A stretch of 64,000 nucleotides of DNA from the human T2T-CHM13v2.0 reference genome, Homo sapiens. The translations under genes were made by a program, and so were the position numbers. The stretch is from assembly GCF_009914755.1 (NCBI RefSeq), contig NC_060925.1. The stretch is one strand, 5' to 3'. Shown here in pieces: positions 45,401 through 60,400 of the stretch (position 1 is its first letter; each line of letters opens with the position of its first letter). A model generated the notes under the pieces. That model ran no database searches. It was given only the letters and a program-made list of their open reading frames with translations, and was not told the origin of the DNA.

Positions 45401-48400
45401 ACAGCACTGCGTTCCATTCCATTCCATTCCACACCATTCCATTCCATTCCACTCCACTCCACTCCATTCCACTCCATTCCCCTCCATTCGATTCCATTCC
45501 ACTCCCTTTCACTCCACTCCATTCCACTCCACTGCACTCCATTCCGCTGCACTCCATTCCACTCTATTCCATTCCATTCCTTTACGTTCCACTGCATTCC
45601 ATTCCACTCCACTAAATGCTATTCCACTCCCCTTTTTGCCACTCCATTCCACTCCTTTCATTCCACTCCACTGCAATGCCCTCCCTTCCATTCCATTCCA
45701 TTCCATGCCATTGCTTTCCATTCCATCCCACTCCACTCCATTCCATTCCGTTCCATGGAAATCCATTCCATTCCATTCCATTCCAATCCACTCCACTAAA
45801 TTCCATTTCATTCCCTTCCGTTCCTCTCCATTCCATTCCACTCCACTCCATTCTGGTAACTCCACTCCAAATTATTTCATTCCATTCTATTCCACTCCAT
45901 TCCGTTCCACTCCTCTCCACTCCACTCCACTCCACTCTACTCCACTCCGTTCCATTCCATTGCATGCCATTACATTCCATTCAATTTCATTCCATTCCAT
46001 TCCATCCCCTTCCATTCCGTTCCATTCGATTGCATTCCATTCCATTCCCATCCATTCCATCCCACTCCATTCCATTCCACTCCATTCCATTCCATTCCAT
46101 TCCACTCCATTTCATTCCACTCCACTCCATTCCATTCCACTCCAGTCCACTCCATTCCATGCCAATCTACTCCATTACATGTCACTCCACCCAAATCCAT
46201 TCCATTCCATTCCATTCCCATCCATTAAATTGCATGCCATTCCATACCTTTCCATTCAATTCCACACCTTTCCATTCAATTCCACTGCACTCCATTCCAT
46301 TCCAATCCACTCAATTCCACTAGACTCCACTGCATTCCACACCATTCCACTCCATTCCTTTCCATTCCATTCCATTCCATTCCATTCCATTCCAGTCCAT
46401 TCCGTTCCACTCCACTCCAATCCATTCCACTTCGTGCCACTCCATTCCACTCCATTTCTTTCCACTCCACCACATTCCACTCCATTGCACTCAGTGCCAC
46501 TCCACACCATTCCACTCCACTCCATTCCATTCCACTCCATTCCATTCCACTGCTCTCCATTCCACTCCACTGCATTCACTCTAGTCCAATCCACTCCACT
46601 CCACTCCATTCCATTCCACTCCACTACACTGCACTCCACTCCATTCCATTCCATTCCACTCCTTTCCATTCCTCTCCATTCCAATCCAATCCACTCCATT
46701 CCATTCCACTCCATTAAATTCCATACCAATCCACTCCTTTCCACTTCATTACATTCCACACCACTCCACTCCACTCCATTCCACTCCACTCCACTTCTTT
46801 TCACTCCACTCCACTCCATTCCACTCCACTCCACTCCATTCCACTCCACTCCATTCTACTCCTCACCAGTCCACTACACTCCATTCCATTCCACTCCATT
46901 CCATCCCACTCCCCTCCACTCCATTCCAATCCTCTCCATACCACTCCACTCCCATCTATTCCACTCCATTCCATTCCATTGTACTCCATTCCACTCCACT
47001 CCACTCCATTCCATTCCATTGTACTCCATTCCACTCCACTCCACTCCACTCCATTCCATTGTACTCCATTCCACTCCACTCCACTCCATTCCATTCCACT
47101 CCATTCCATTCCACTCCACTCCACGCCATTCCACTCCACTCCTTTGCACTCCAGTCCATTCCACTCCACTCTGTTCCACCATATTCCGCTCAATTGCACT
47201 CCACTGCACTCCACTCCTTTCCATTTCTTTCCAATCCATTCCATTCCACTCCATTCCAATCCACCCCACTCCATTCCATTCCACTCCATTAAATTCCATT
47301 GCACTTCACTCTACTCCCTTCAATTCCACACCACTCCACTCCACTCCATTCCACTCCACTCCATTCCATTCCACTTCACTCCTTTCCACTCCACTCCACT
47401 CCATTCCACTCCACTCAATTTCATTCCACTGTATTCCATTCCAATCCATTCCACTCCACTCCACTTCATTCCATTCCATTCCGTTCCACTGTTTTCTATT
47501 CCACTCCACTACATTCTATTCCACTCCTCTACTTTCCACTCCTTTTCACTCCATTTCATTCCCCTCCACTCCAATCCAGTCCACTGCCCTACACTCCATT
47601 CCATTCCATTCCTTGCCATTTCTTTCCATTTCATTCCACTCCAGTCCATTGAACTCCATTTCATTCAATTCCATTCCACTCCACTCCAACCCATTCCTTT
47701 CCATTCCATTCCATTCCATTCCATTCCATTCCACTCAACTCCATTCCTTCCTCTCCAATCCAGTCTATTCCATTCCATTCTATTACACTCCATTCCATTC
47801 CACTTCACTCCATTCCGTTCCACTCCACTCTACTTGATTCCACTCCACTCCATTCCACTCCTCTCCACTCCATTCCACTTCACACAACTCCACTCCAATC
47901 CAGTTCACTCCATTCCATTCTCTTTTATTCCATTCCCTTCCATTCCATTCCACTCCACTCCACTCCAATCCATTCCATTCCACCCCCCTCCAATCCATTC
48001 TGTTCCAGTCCACTCCACTTCATTCTGCTCCACTCCACTCGACTCCACTCCATTCCACTCCTCTTCACTCCATTCCTTCCTCTCCACTCCATTCCACTGT
48101 AATCGACTCCATTCCACTCCACTCCATTCCATTTCATTCCACTCCACTCAATTCAACTCCACTCTACTACTTTCCATTACACTCCACTCCACTCCATTCC
48201 ACTCCATTTCTTTCTACTGCCCTCCACTCCACTCCATTCCACTCCTCTCCAATCCATTCCACTGCACTAAAATCCATTCCACTCTAATCCACTCCATTCT
48301 ACTCGACTCCATTACATTCCACTCCACTCCACTCCTTTAAACTCCACTCCACTCAATTCCATTCCACTCCACTCCACTCCATTCCACTGCACTCCACTCC

Positions 48401-51400
48401 ATTCCACTACACTCCATTCCGCTCCACTCCACTTCACTCCAGTCAATTCCAATGCACTGCATTCCTTTCCGTCCCACTCCACTCCACTCCATTCCACTAC
48501 ACACCATTCTACTCCATGCCACTCCACTCCATTCCATTCCATCCCACTGCATTCCATTCCATTCCAATCCACTCCACTCCACTCCACTCCACGCCATTCC
48601 ACTCCATTCCACTTCAATCTATTCCATTGAATTCCAATCCACTCCATTCCTTTCCACACCACTACACTCCATTCCACTCCATGCCACTCCATTCAATTCC
48701 ATTCCACAGCATTCCATTCCACTCCAATCCATTCGACCCCATTCCACTCCATTCCACTCCACTTCACTCCATTACACTCCACACCACTCCATTCCAATCC
48801 ACTCCACTCCACTGCACTCCACTCTATTCCATTCCATTCCAAAGCATTCCATTCCACTCCACTCAATTCCACTCCAATACTCTACATTCCATTCCACTCC
48901 ACTACACACCACTCCACAACAGGCCGCTCAATTCCATTCCATTCCATTCTGCTCATTTCCATTCCATTCCACTCCTCTTCACTCCACTCCATTCCACTTC
49001 ATTGCTCTACATTCCATTCCACTTAATTCCATTCCACTCCTTTCCATTCCACTCCCTTCCACTACATTATATTTTATTCCACCCCACTCCACTCCATTCC
49101 ACTCCATTCCACTCCATTGCACTCCATTCCATTCCATTCCATTCCATTCCATTCCACTCCATTCCACTCCATTCCATTCCACTCCACTCCATTCCACTCC
49201 TTTCTACTCAATTATATTATATTCCACTCCACTCCACTCCACTCCACTCCATTCCACTACTCTCCACTCAATTCCACTGTTAAACACCACTACATTCCAT
49301 TCCATTCCACTCCATTCTATTGCCTTCCACTACACTCCACTCCATTCCACTCCATTCCCTTCCATTCCATTTGATTCCACTCCCATTCCATTCCACTCCA
49401 TTCCTTTCCACTGTATTCCTCTCCACTACACTCCAATACACTCCTCTCCACTCCATTCCACTCCACTCAAATCCACTCCACTCCACTCCATTACACTCCA
49501 CTCCACTCCAATCCACTGCATTCCACTCCACTCCATTCTATTCCACTTCACTCCATTCAACTTCAGTCCACTTCACCCCATTCCACTCCACTCCATTACA
49601 CTCCACTCAACTCCATTACACTCCACTCCATTCAACTCTACTCCATTCCATTCCATTCCTTTCCAATCCATTCAAATCCACTCCATTCCATTCCATTCCT
49701 TTCTAGTCAATTCCAGTCCACTCTACTCCATTCCATTCCCCTCCACTCCATTCCACTCTATTCCACTCCATTCTATTTAACCCCTCTCAACAAAACTCCA
49801 TTACTCTCCACTCCACTCCATTCCATTCCATTCAACTCCATGTCGTTCCATTCCACTCCACTCAACTCCACTACATTCCACTCCAGTCCATTACATTCCA
49901 CTAAACTCCATACCATTTCGTTCCACTCCATTCCATTCCATTAAACTCCATTCCATTCCAGTCCACTCCACTCCACTCTATTCCATTCCACTCCACACCA
50001 TTCAATTCCACTCCATTCCACACCACTCCATGCCATTCTATTCCTTTCCATTACATTCCACTGCAGACCTTTCCATTCCATTCCACTCCTCTGAACTCCA
50101 TTCCACTTCACACAACTCCTTTCCAATTCAGTTCACTCCATTCCATTCCCCTCTATTCCTTTCCCTTGCATTCCATTCCATTCCACTCCACTCCATTAAA
50201 TTCCACTCCACTCCAATCCAATCCGCTCCACTCCACTCCATTCCACTCCACTCCTCTCAACTCCACTCCATTCCACTCCTCTCCACTCCATTCCTCCCAC
50301 TCCACTCCATTCCACTCCAATCTACTCCATTCCACTCCACTCCATTCCATTTCACTCCACTCCACTCAACTCCACTCTACTACTTGCCATTCCACTCCAG
50401 CCCACTCCATTCCACTCCACTTCTTTCTATTGCACTCCACTCCACTCCATTCCACTCCTTTCCACTCCATTCCACTATACTAAAATCCATTCCACTCCAA
50501 TCCACTCCATTCCACTCCACTCCATTACATTCAAATCCACTCCACTCCATTACACTGCACTCCACTCCATTCCACTACACACCATTCCACTCTGCTCCAC
50601 TCCACTCCAGTCAATTCCAATCCCCTCCATTCCTTTCCGTCCCACTCCCCTCCACTCCATTCCACTATACACCATTCTACTCCATGACCCTCCACTCCAT
50701 TCCATTCCAGTCCATTCCATTCCATCCCACTGCATTCGATTTCTTTCCAATCCACTCAACTCCACTCCACTCCACCACATTCCACTCCATTCCACTCCAG
50801 TCAATTCCATTGCATTCCAATCCACTCCATTCCGTTCCACACCACTACACAACATTCAACTCCATGCCACTCCATTCAATTCCATTCCACTGCATTCCAT
50901 TCCACTCCACTCCATTCCACTTCATGCCACTTCATTCCATTCCACTCCATTCCACTCCGTTCCATTCCACTCCATTCCACTCCACTCCACTCCATTCCAC
51001 TCCACTCCAATCCACTCCACTCCACTGCACTCCACTCCATTCCATTCCATTCCAATCCATTCCATTCTACTCCATTCCAATCCATTCCACTCCATTCCAT
51101 TCCACTGCAGTCCACTCCACTCCACTCCATTCCACACCTCTCCACTCCACTACACACCACTCCATTCCATTCCATTCCACTCTATTCCAATCCAATCCAC
51201 TCCATTCCATTCCACTACATTCTATTCCATTTCACTCCACTCCACTCCATTCCACATCACCCCATTCCACTCCACTCCTTTCCACTCCACTCCGTTCCAT
51301 TCCCCTCCACTCTATTCCCCTCCATTGCACTCCATTCCACTCCACTCCACTCCATTCCATTCCATCCCAGGCCATTCCATTCCATTCCACTCTATTCCAT

Positions 51401-54400
51401 TCCACACCATTCCACTCAACTCCATTCCGTTCTAGTCCACGCCACTCCAATCCTCTCCACTCCACTCCATTGCATTCTGTTCCACTCCTCTCCACTCCAA
51501 TCCACTCCAATCCATTCCATTCCATTCCATTCCATTCCATTCCATTCCTTTCCACTCCACTCCACTCCGTAACATTCCTTTCCATTCCACTCCATTCCAT
51601 ACCATTACACTCCACTCCATTCAACTCCACAACATTCCATTCCATTACTGTCCATTACATTCCACTCTATCCCATTCCATTCCATTCCACTCAATTCCAG
51701 TCCATTCCAATCCACTCCACTCCACACAACTCCACTCCAGTTCACTCCATTCCATTTTATTCCATTCCACTCTTTTCCATTCCATTCCACTCCAATTCAC
51801 TCCACTCCATTTCACTCCATTCCATTCCACTCCAGTCCACTCCACTCCTCTCCCCTCCACCATATTCCACTCAACTCCTCTCCACTGCACTCCACTCGAT
51901 TCCATTCCATTCCAATCCATTCCATTCCGCTCCATTCTAATCCACCCCACTCCATTACATTCCACTCCATTTAGTTCCATTGCACTCCACTCCATGCCTT
52001 TCAATTCCACACCACTCCACTCCACTCCATTCCACTCCACTCCATTCCATTCCACTTCACTCCTTTCCACTCCAATCGACTCCATTCCACTCCACTCAAT
52101 TTCATTCCACTCTATTCCATTCCAATTCATTCCACTCCAATCCATTCCACTCCACTCTATTCCATTTCACTGCACTCCATGCCACTCCACTCCATTCCAT
52201 TCTATTCCGTTCCACTGCTTTCTATTCCACTCCACTACATTCTATTCCACTCCACTACATTCTATTCCACTCGTCTACTTTCCACCCCTTTCCACTCCAT
52301 TTCATTCCCCTCCATTCCATTCCAATCCACTGCCCTACACTACATTCCTTTTCATTCCATGCCGTTTCTTTCCATTCCATTCCACTCCAGTCCATTGAAC
52401 TCCATTCCATTCCATGGCATTCCATTCCATTCCATTCCACTCCACTGCAACCCATTCCTTTCCATTCCATTCCATTCAACTCCATTCCATTCCACTCAAC
52501 TCCATTCCTTCCACTCCACTCCATTCTATTCCATTCCATTTTATTCCACTCCATTCCATTCCACACCACTCCATTCCATTCCTCTCCACTTTACTTGATT
52601 CCACTCCATTGCATTCCACTCCACTCTACTTGATTCCACTCCACTCCATTCCTCTCCTCTCCACTCCATTCCACTTCACACAACTCCACTCCAATCCAGT
52701 TCACTCCATTCCATTCCCCTCTATTCCATTCCCTTCCATTCCGTTGCATTCCATTCCACCCCACTCCATTCCACTGCACTCCACTCCAATCCATTCTGCT
52801 CCACTCCACTCCATTCCACTCCACTCCACTCAACTCCACTCTATTCCACTCCTCTCCACTCCATTCCTCCCACTCCACTCCATTCCAGTCCAATCTACTC
52901 CATTGCACTACACTCCATTCCATTTCACTCCACTCCACTCCATTCAACTCCACACTACTACTTTCCATTCTACTCCACTCCACTCCATTCCACTCCACTT
53001 CTTTCTACTGCACTCCCTTCCACTCCACTCCATTCCATTCCTCTCCACTCCATTCCACTGCACTAAAATCCATTCCACTCCAATCCACTCCATTCCAATC
53101 CACTCCATTACATTCCATTTCACTCCGCTCCTTTCAACTCCACTCCATTCATTTCCATTCCACTCCTCTCCACTCCATTCCACTCCACTAAAATCCATTC
53201 CACTCCAATCCACTCCATTCCACTCCACTCCATTCCATTCCATTCCACTCCACTCCTTTCAACTCCATTCCACTCAATTCCAATCCACTCCACTCCACCC
53301 CTTTCCACTGCACTCCACTCCATTCCTCTACACTCCATTCCACTCTGCTCCACTCCAATCCAGTCAATTCCAATCCACTCCATTCCTTTCCGTCCCACTC
53401 CACTGCACTCCTTTCCACTACGCACCATTCTACTCCATGCAACTCCACTCCCTTCCGTTCATATCCATTCTATTCCATCCCACTGCATTCCATTCCATTC
53501 CAATCCACTCAGCTTCACTCCACTCCACGCCATTCCACTCCCTTTCACTCCAATCAATTCCATTGCATTCCAATCCACTCTATTACATTCCACACCACTA
53601 CACTCCATTCCACTCCATGCCACTCCATTCAATTCTATTCCGCAGCATTCCATTCCACTCCACTCCATTCCACTCCATTCCATTCCACTCCATTCCATTC
53701 CACTCCACACCACTCCAATCGACGCCACTCTAATCCATTCCACTCCACTCCACTCCATTCCAATCCAATCCACTCCACTGCACTCCACTCTATTCCATTC
53801 CATCCCAATCCATTCCATTCCACTCCATTCCTATCCATTCCAATCCATTCCATTCCACAGCAGTCCACTCTACTCCACTCTATTCCACTCCTATCCACTC
53901 CACTACACAGCACTCCATTCCATTACATTCCAATCCATTCCATTCCACTCTATTCCAATCCAATACACTCCATTCCATTCCACTCTATTCTATTCTATTT
54001 CACTCCACTCCACTCCATTCTACAGCACTCCACTCCACTCCACTCCTTTCCACTCCACTACACTCTATTCCTTTCCACTTCAATCTATTCCATTCCATTC
54101 CACTCCAATTCACACCCCTCCATTCCATTGCATCTCAGGCCATTCCGTTCCATTCCACTCTATTCCATTCCACCCCATTCTACTGGACTCCATTACATTC
54201 TTCTCGACGCCACTCCAATCCACTCCACTCGACTCCATTGTATTCCGTTCCACTCCACTCCACTCCAATCCACTCCACTCTATTCCATTCCGTTCCATTC
54301 CATTCCGTGACATTCCACTCCACTCCATTCCATTCCGTTACATTCCATTCCATTCCATTCCATGACATTCCACTCCACTCCATTCCATTCCGTTCCATTC

Positions 54401-57400
54401 CATTCCATTCCATTCCATTCCATGACATTCCACTCCACTCCATTACATTCCATTACATTCCACTCCGTTCCGTACCATTACACTCAACTCCATTCCACAC
54501 CGCTACATTCAACTCCACAAAATTCCATTCCATTCCTGTCCATTCCATTCCACTCTGCCCTATTCCATTCCACTCCACTCCTCACCACTCCACTCCAATC
54601 CACTCCATTCCATTCTATGCCACTCTTTTCCATTCCATTCCACTCCACTTCGCTCCACTCCATTCCACTCCATTGCACTCTGTTCTATTCCATTCCACTC
54701 CATTCCATTCCACTCCACTCCATTCCACTCCTTTCCACTACATTATATTATATTCCACTCCACTCCATTCCACTCCTTTCCACTGCATTGCAATCCATTC
54801 CACTCCATTCCACTCCATTACATTCCACACCACTCCATTCCATTCCACTCTGCTCCACTCCTTTCTACTCAATTATATTATATTCCACTCCACTCCTCTC
54901 CACTCCACTCCATTCCATTCCACTGCTCTCCACTCAATTCCACTATTACACACCACTGCATTCCATTCCATTCCACTCCATTCCCTTCCATTCCATTTGA
55001 TTCCACTCCATTCCAATCCATTCCACTCCATTCCTTTCCACTCTATTCCGCTCCATTCCTCTCCATTACACTCCTCTCCACTCAATTCCACTCCATTACA
55101 GTCCTCTCTACTCCATTCCACTCCACTCCAATCCACTCCAATCCACTCCTCTCCATGACACTCCATTCCACTCCACTCCACTCAACTCCACTCCAATCCA
55201 CTCTTTACACTCCTCTCCACTCCATTCCACTCCACTCTGCTCCAAACCACTCCAATACACTCCATTCCACTCCAATCCATTCCATTCCACTCCACTCCAC
55301 TCTATTCAACTCCAGTCCACTCCACCCCATTCCATTCCACTCCCTTCCACTCCACTCAATTTCATTACATTCCACTCCATTCAACTCTACTCCATTCCGT
55401 TCCATTCCATTCCATTCCATTCCATTCCATTCCATTCCATTCCTTCCATTCCATTCAAATCCACTACATTCAATTCCATTCCTTTCTAGTACATTCCAAC
55501 CCACTCTAAACCATTCCATTCCCCTCCACTCTATTCCACTCTATTCCACTCCATTCTATTTAACCCCACTACACAACACTCCACTACTCTCCACTCCACT
55601 CCACTCCACTCCATTCCATTCAATTCCGTTCACTTCCATTTCATTTCATTCCACTCCACTCAACTCCACTTCATTCCACTCCAGGCCATTACATTCCACT
55701 CATCTCCATTCCATTTCTCTCCACTCCATTCCACTCCATTAAACTCCATTCCATTCCAGTCCTCTCCACTCCACTGCATTCCACTCCACTCCATTCAATT
55801 GCACTCCATTCCACACCACTCCATTCCTTTCTATTCCTTTCCGTTCAATTCCACTGCATTCCTTTCCATTCCATTCCACTCCACTCCAATCCATTATGCT
55901 CAATAACTCCACTCTATTCCACTCCACTCCACTCGACTCCACTCCATTCCACTCCTCTCCACTCCATTCCTTCCACTCCTCTCCATTCCACTCCAATCTA
56001 CTCCATTCCACTCCAATCCATTCCATTTCACTCCACTCCACTCCATTCAACTCCACTCTACTACTTTCCATTCCACTCCACTTCTTTCTACTGCACTCCA
56101 TTCCACTCCAATCCATTCCACTCCTCTCCACTCTATTCCACTCCACTAAAACCCATTGCACTCCAATCCACTCCATTCCACTCCACTCCATTACATTCAA
56201 CTCCACTCCACTACTTTCAACTCCTCTCCACTCCATTCCATTCCACTCCACTCCACTCCATTCCACTGCACTCCACTCCAATCCCCTACACTCCATTCCA
56301 CTCTGCTCCATTCCACTCCAGTCAATTCCAATCCAATCCATTCCTTTCCATCCCACTCCACTCCATTCCACTACACACCATTCTACTCCATGCCACTCCA
56401 CTCCATTCCATTCCATCCCACTGCATTCCATTCCATTCCAATCCACTCAACTCCACTCCACTCCACCCCATTCCACTCCATTCCATTCCAGTCAATTCCA
56501 TTGCATTCCAATCCACTCCATTACATTCCAAACCACTACACTCCATTCCACTGCATGCCACTCCATTCAATTCCATTCCACTGCATTCCATTCCACTGCA
56601 CTCCTTTCCACTCCATTCCACTCCTTTCCATTCCATTCCATTCCACTGCATTCCATTTCACTCCACACCATTCCAGTCCATTCAACTCCATAGCATTCCA
56701 ATCCATTCCACTCCACTCCACTCCATTCCACTCCACTCCACTCCAATCCACTCCACTCCACTGCACTCCACTCCTTTCCATTTGAATCCAATCCATTCCA
56801 TTCCACTCCGTTCCAATCCATTCCATTCCACTGCAGTCCACTCCACTCCACTCCATTCCACTCCACTACACACCACTGCATTCCATTCCATTCCAATCCA
56901 TTCCATACCACTCTATTCCAATCCAATCCACTCTATTCCATTCCACTACATTCTATTCCATTTCACTCCTCTCCACTCCATTCCACAGCACCCCACTCCA
57001 CTCCACTCCTTTCCACTCTACTCCACTCCATTCCATTCCCCTCCACTCTATTCCACTCCATTCCACTCCATTCCACTCCACTTCACTCCACTCCATTCCA
57101 TTCCATCGCAGGCCATTCCATTCCATTCCACTCTATTCCATTCCACACCATTCCACTCAACTCCATTCCGTTCCACACCACGCCACTCCAATCTACTCCA
57201 CTCCACTCCATTGCATTCCATTCCACTCCACTCCTTTCCACTCCATTCCACTCCTTCCAATTCCATTCCATTGCATTCCACTGCATTCCATTCCACTCCA
57301 CTCCATTCCAATCCATTCAACTCCATACCATTCCAATCCATTCCACTCAACTCCACTCCATTCCACTCCACTCCACTCCAAACCACTCCACTCCACTGCA

Positions 57401-60400
57401 CTCCACTCCTTTCCATTTGATTCCAATCCATTCCATTCCACTCCATTCCAATCCATTCCATTCCACTGCAGTCCACTCCACTCCACTCCATTCCATTCCT
57501 CTCCACTCCACTACACACCACTCCATTCCATTCCATTCCAATCCATTCCATACCACTCTATTCCAACCCAATCCACTCCATTCCATTCCACTACATTCTA
57601 TTCCATTTCACTCCACTCCACTCCATTCCACAGCACCCCACTCCACTCCACTCCTTTCCACTCCACTCCACTCCATTCCATTCCCCTCCACTCTATCCCA
57701 CTCCATTCCACTCCATTCCACTCCACTTCACTCCACTGCATTCCATTCCTTCGCAAGCCATTCCATTCCATTCCATTCCATTCCACTCAATTCCATTCCA
57801 CACCATTCCACTCAACTCCATTCCGTTCCACACCACGCCACTCCAATCTATTCCACTCCACTCCATTGCATTCCATTCCACTCCACTCCACTCCACTCCA
57901 ATCCACTCCAATCCATTCCATGCCATTCCTTTCCATTACACTCCACTCCATAACAATCCATTCCATTCCACTCCATTCCATTCCATTACACTCCACTCCA
58001 TTCAACTCCACAACATTCCATTACATTCTTGTCCATTCCATTCCACTCTAACCCATTCCATTGCATTCTACTCAATTGCACCCCATTCCACTCCATTCCA
58101 TTCCATTCCACTTCTTTCCATTCCATTCCTCTCCACTTCACTCCACTCCATTCCACTCCATTACATTCCACTGCAGTCCACTCCACTCCACTCCCCTCCA
58201 CCATATTCCACTCATCTCCACTCCACTGCCCTCCACTCTATTCCATTCCATTCCAATCTATTCCATTCCACGCCATTCCAATCCACCCAACTCCATTCCA
58301 TTCCAATCCATTAAATTCCATTGCACTCTACTCCACTCCTTTCAATTCCAAACCACTCCACTGCACTCCACTCCATTCCACTCCACTCCATTCTACTCCA
58401 CTTAACTCCTTTCCATTCCACTCCACTCCATTCCTCTCCATTAAATTTCATTCTACTCTATTCCATTCCAATCCATTACACTCCAATCCATTACACTCCA
58501 CTCCACTCCATTCCACTGCCCTCCATTCCTCTCCACTCCATTCCATTCCATTCCGTCCCACTGCTTTCTATTACACTCCATTACATTCTATTCCACTCCT
58601 CTACTTTCTACTCCTTTCCACTCCATTTCATTCCTCTCATTCTAATTCACTCCACTGCCCTACACTCCATTCCATTCCATTCCATGTCATTTCTTTCCAT
58701 TCCATTCCACTCCAGTCCATTGAACTCCATTCCATTCCATTCCATGGCATTCCATTCCATTCCATGGCATTCCATGGCATTCCATTCCATTCCATTCCAT
58801 TCCATTCCATTCCATTCTCTTCCATTCCATTCCATTCCATTTCACTCCATTCCATTCCTTCCACTCCACTCCAGTCTATTCCATTCCTTTCTATTCCAAT
58901 CCATTCCATTCCACTCCACTCCACTCTACTTGATTCCACTCCACTCCATTCCACTCCTCTCCACTCCATTCCACTTCACACAACTCCACTCCAATCCAGT
59001 TCACTCCATTCCATTCCCCTCTATTCCATTCCTTTCCATTCCTTTCCATTCCATTCCATTCCATTGCACTCCACTCCTCTCCATTCCATTCCACTCCAAT
59101 CCAATCCATTTCACTCCACTCCACTCCACTCCATTCCACTCCTCTCCACTCGACTCCACTCCATTCCACTCCTCTCCACTCCATTACTCTCACTCCACTC
59201 CATTCCACTCCAATCTACTCCATTCCAGTCCACTCCATTCATTTTCACTCCACTCCACTCCATTAAACTCCACTCTACTACTTTCCATTCCACTCCACTC
59301 CACTCCATTCCAGTCCACTTCCTTCTCCTGCACTCCACTCCACTACACTCCATTCCACTCCTCTCCACTCCATTCCACTCCACTAAAATCCATTCCACTC
59401 CAATTCACTCCATTCCACTCCATTCCATTTCATTCCATTCCACTCCACTCCTTTCAACTCCACTCCACTCAATTCCATTCCACTCCACTCCACTCCATTC
59501 CACTGCACTCCATTCCACTGTGCTCCACTCCACTCCAGTCAATTCGAATCCACTCCATTCCTTTCCGTCCCACTCCATTCCACTCCAGTCCACTAAAAAC
59601 CATTGTACTCCATGCCACTCCACTCCCTTCCATTCCAATACATTCAATTCCGTCCCCCTGCATTCCATTCCATTCCAATCCAATCCACTCCACTCCACTC
59701 CACTCCACGTGATTCCACTGCATTCCACTCCAATCCATTCCATTGCTTTCCAATACACTCCATTACATTCCACACCACTACACTCCATTCCACTCCATGC
59801 CACTCCATTCAATTCTATTCCACAGCATTCCATTACACTCCATTCTATTTCATTCCACTCCACTCCATTCCATTCTACTCCACTCCATCCCATTCCATTC
59901 CACTCCATTCCATTCCATTCAGTTCCATTCCATTCCAATCCACTCCATTCCATTTCAATCCACTCCATTCAACTCCACAATATTCCATTCCATTCCTGTC
60001 CATTCCATTCCACTCTACCCCATTCCATTCCACTCCACTCAATTCCACTCCATTCCACTCCATTCCATTCCACACCACTCCACACTTTTCCACTCCAGTC
60101 CACTCCATTCCATTCCAATCCATTCCATTCCACTCCATTCCTTTCCACTCCTTTCCATTCCATTCCATTCCACTCCATTCCATTCCATTCCACTACACTA
60201 CACTCCATTTCCTTCCATTCCATTTGATTCCACTCCATTCCATTCCATTCCACTCCATTCCATTCCACTCTATGCTGCTCCACTCCACTCCATTACACTC
60301 CTCTCCACTCCATTCCACTCCACTCCACTCCACTCCTCTCCATTCCATTCCACTACTCTCCACTCAATTCCACTGTTACACACCATTCCACTCCATTCCA

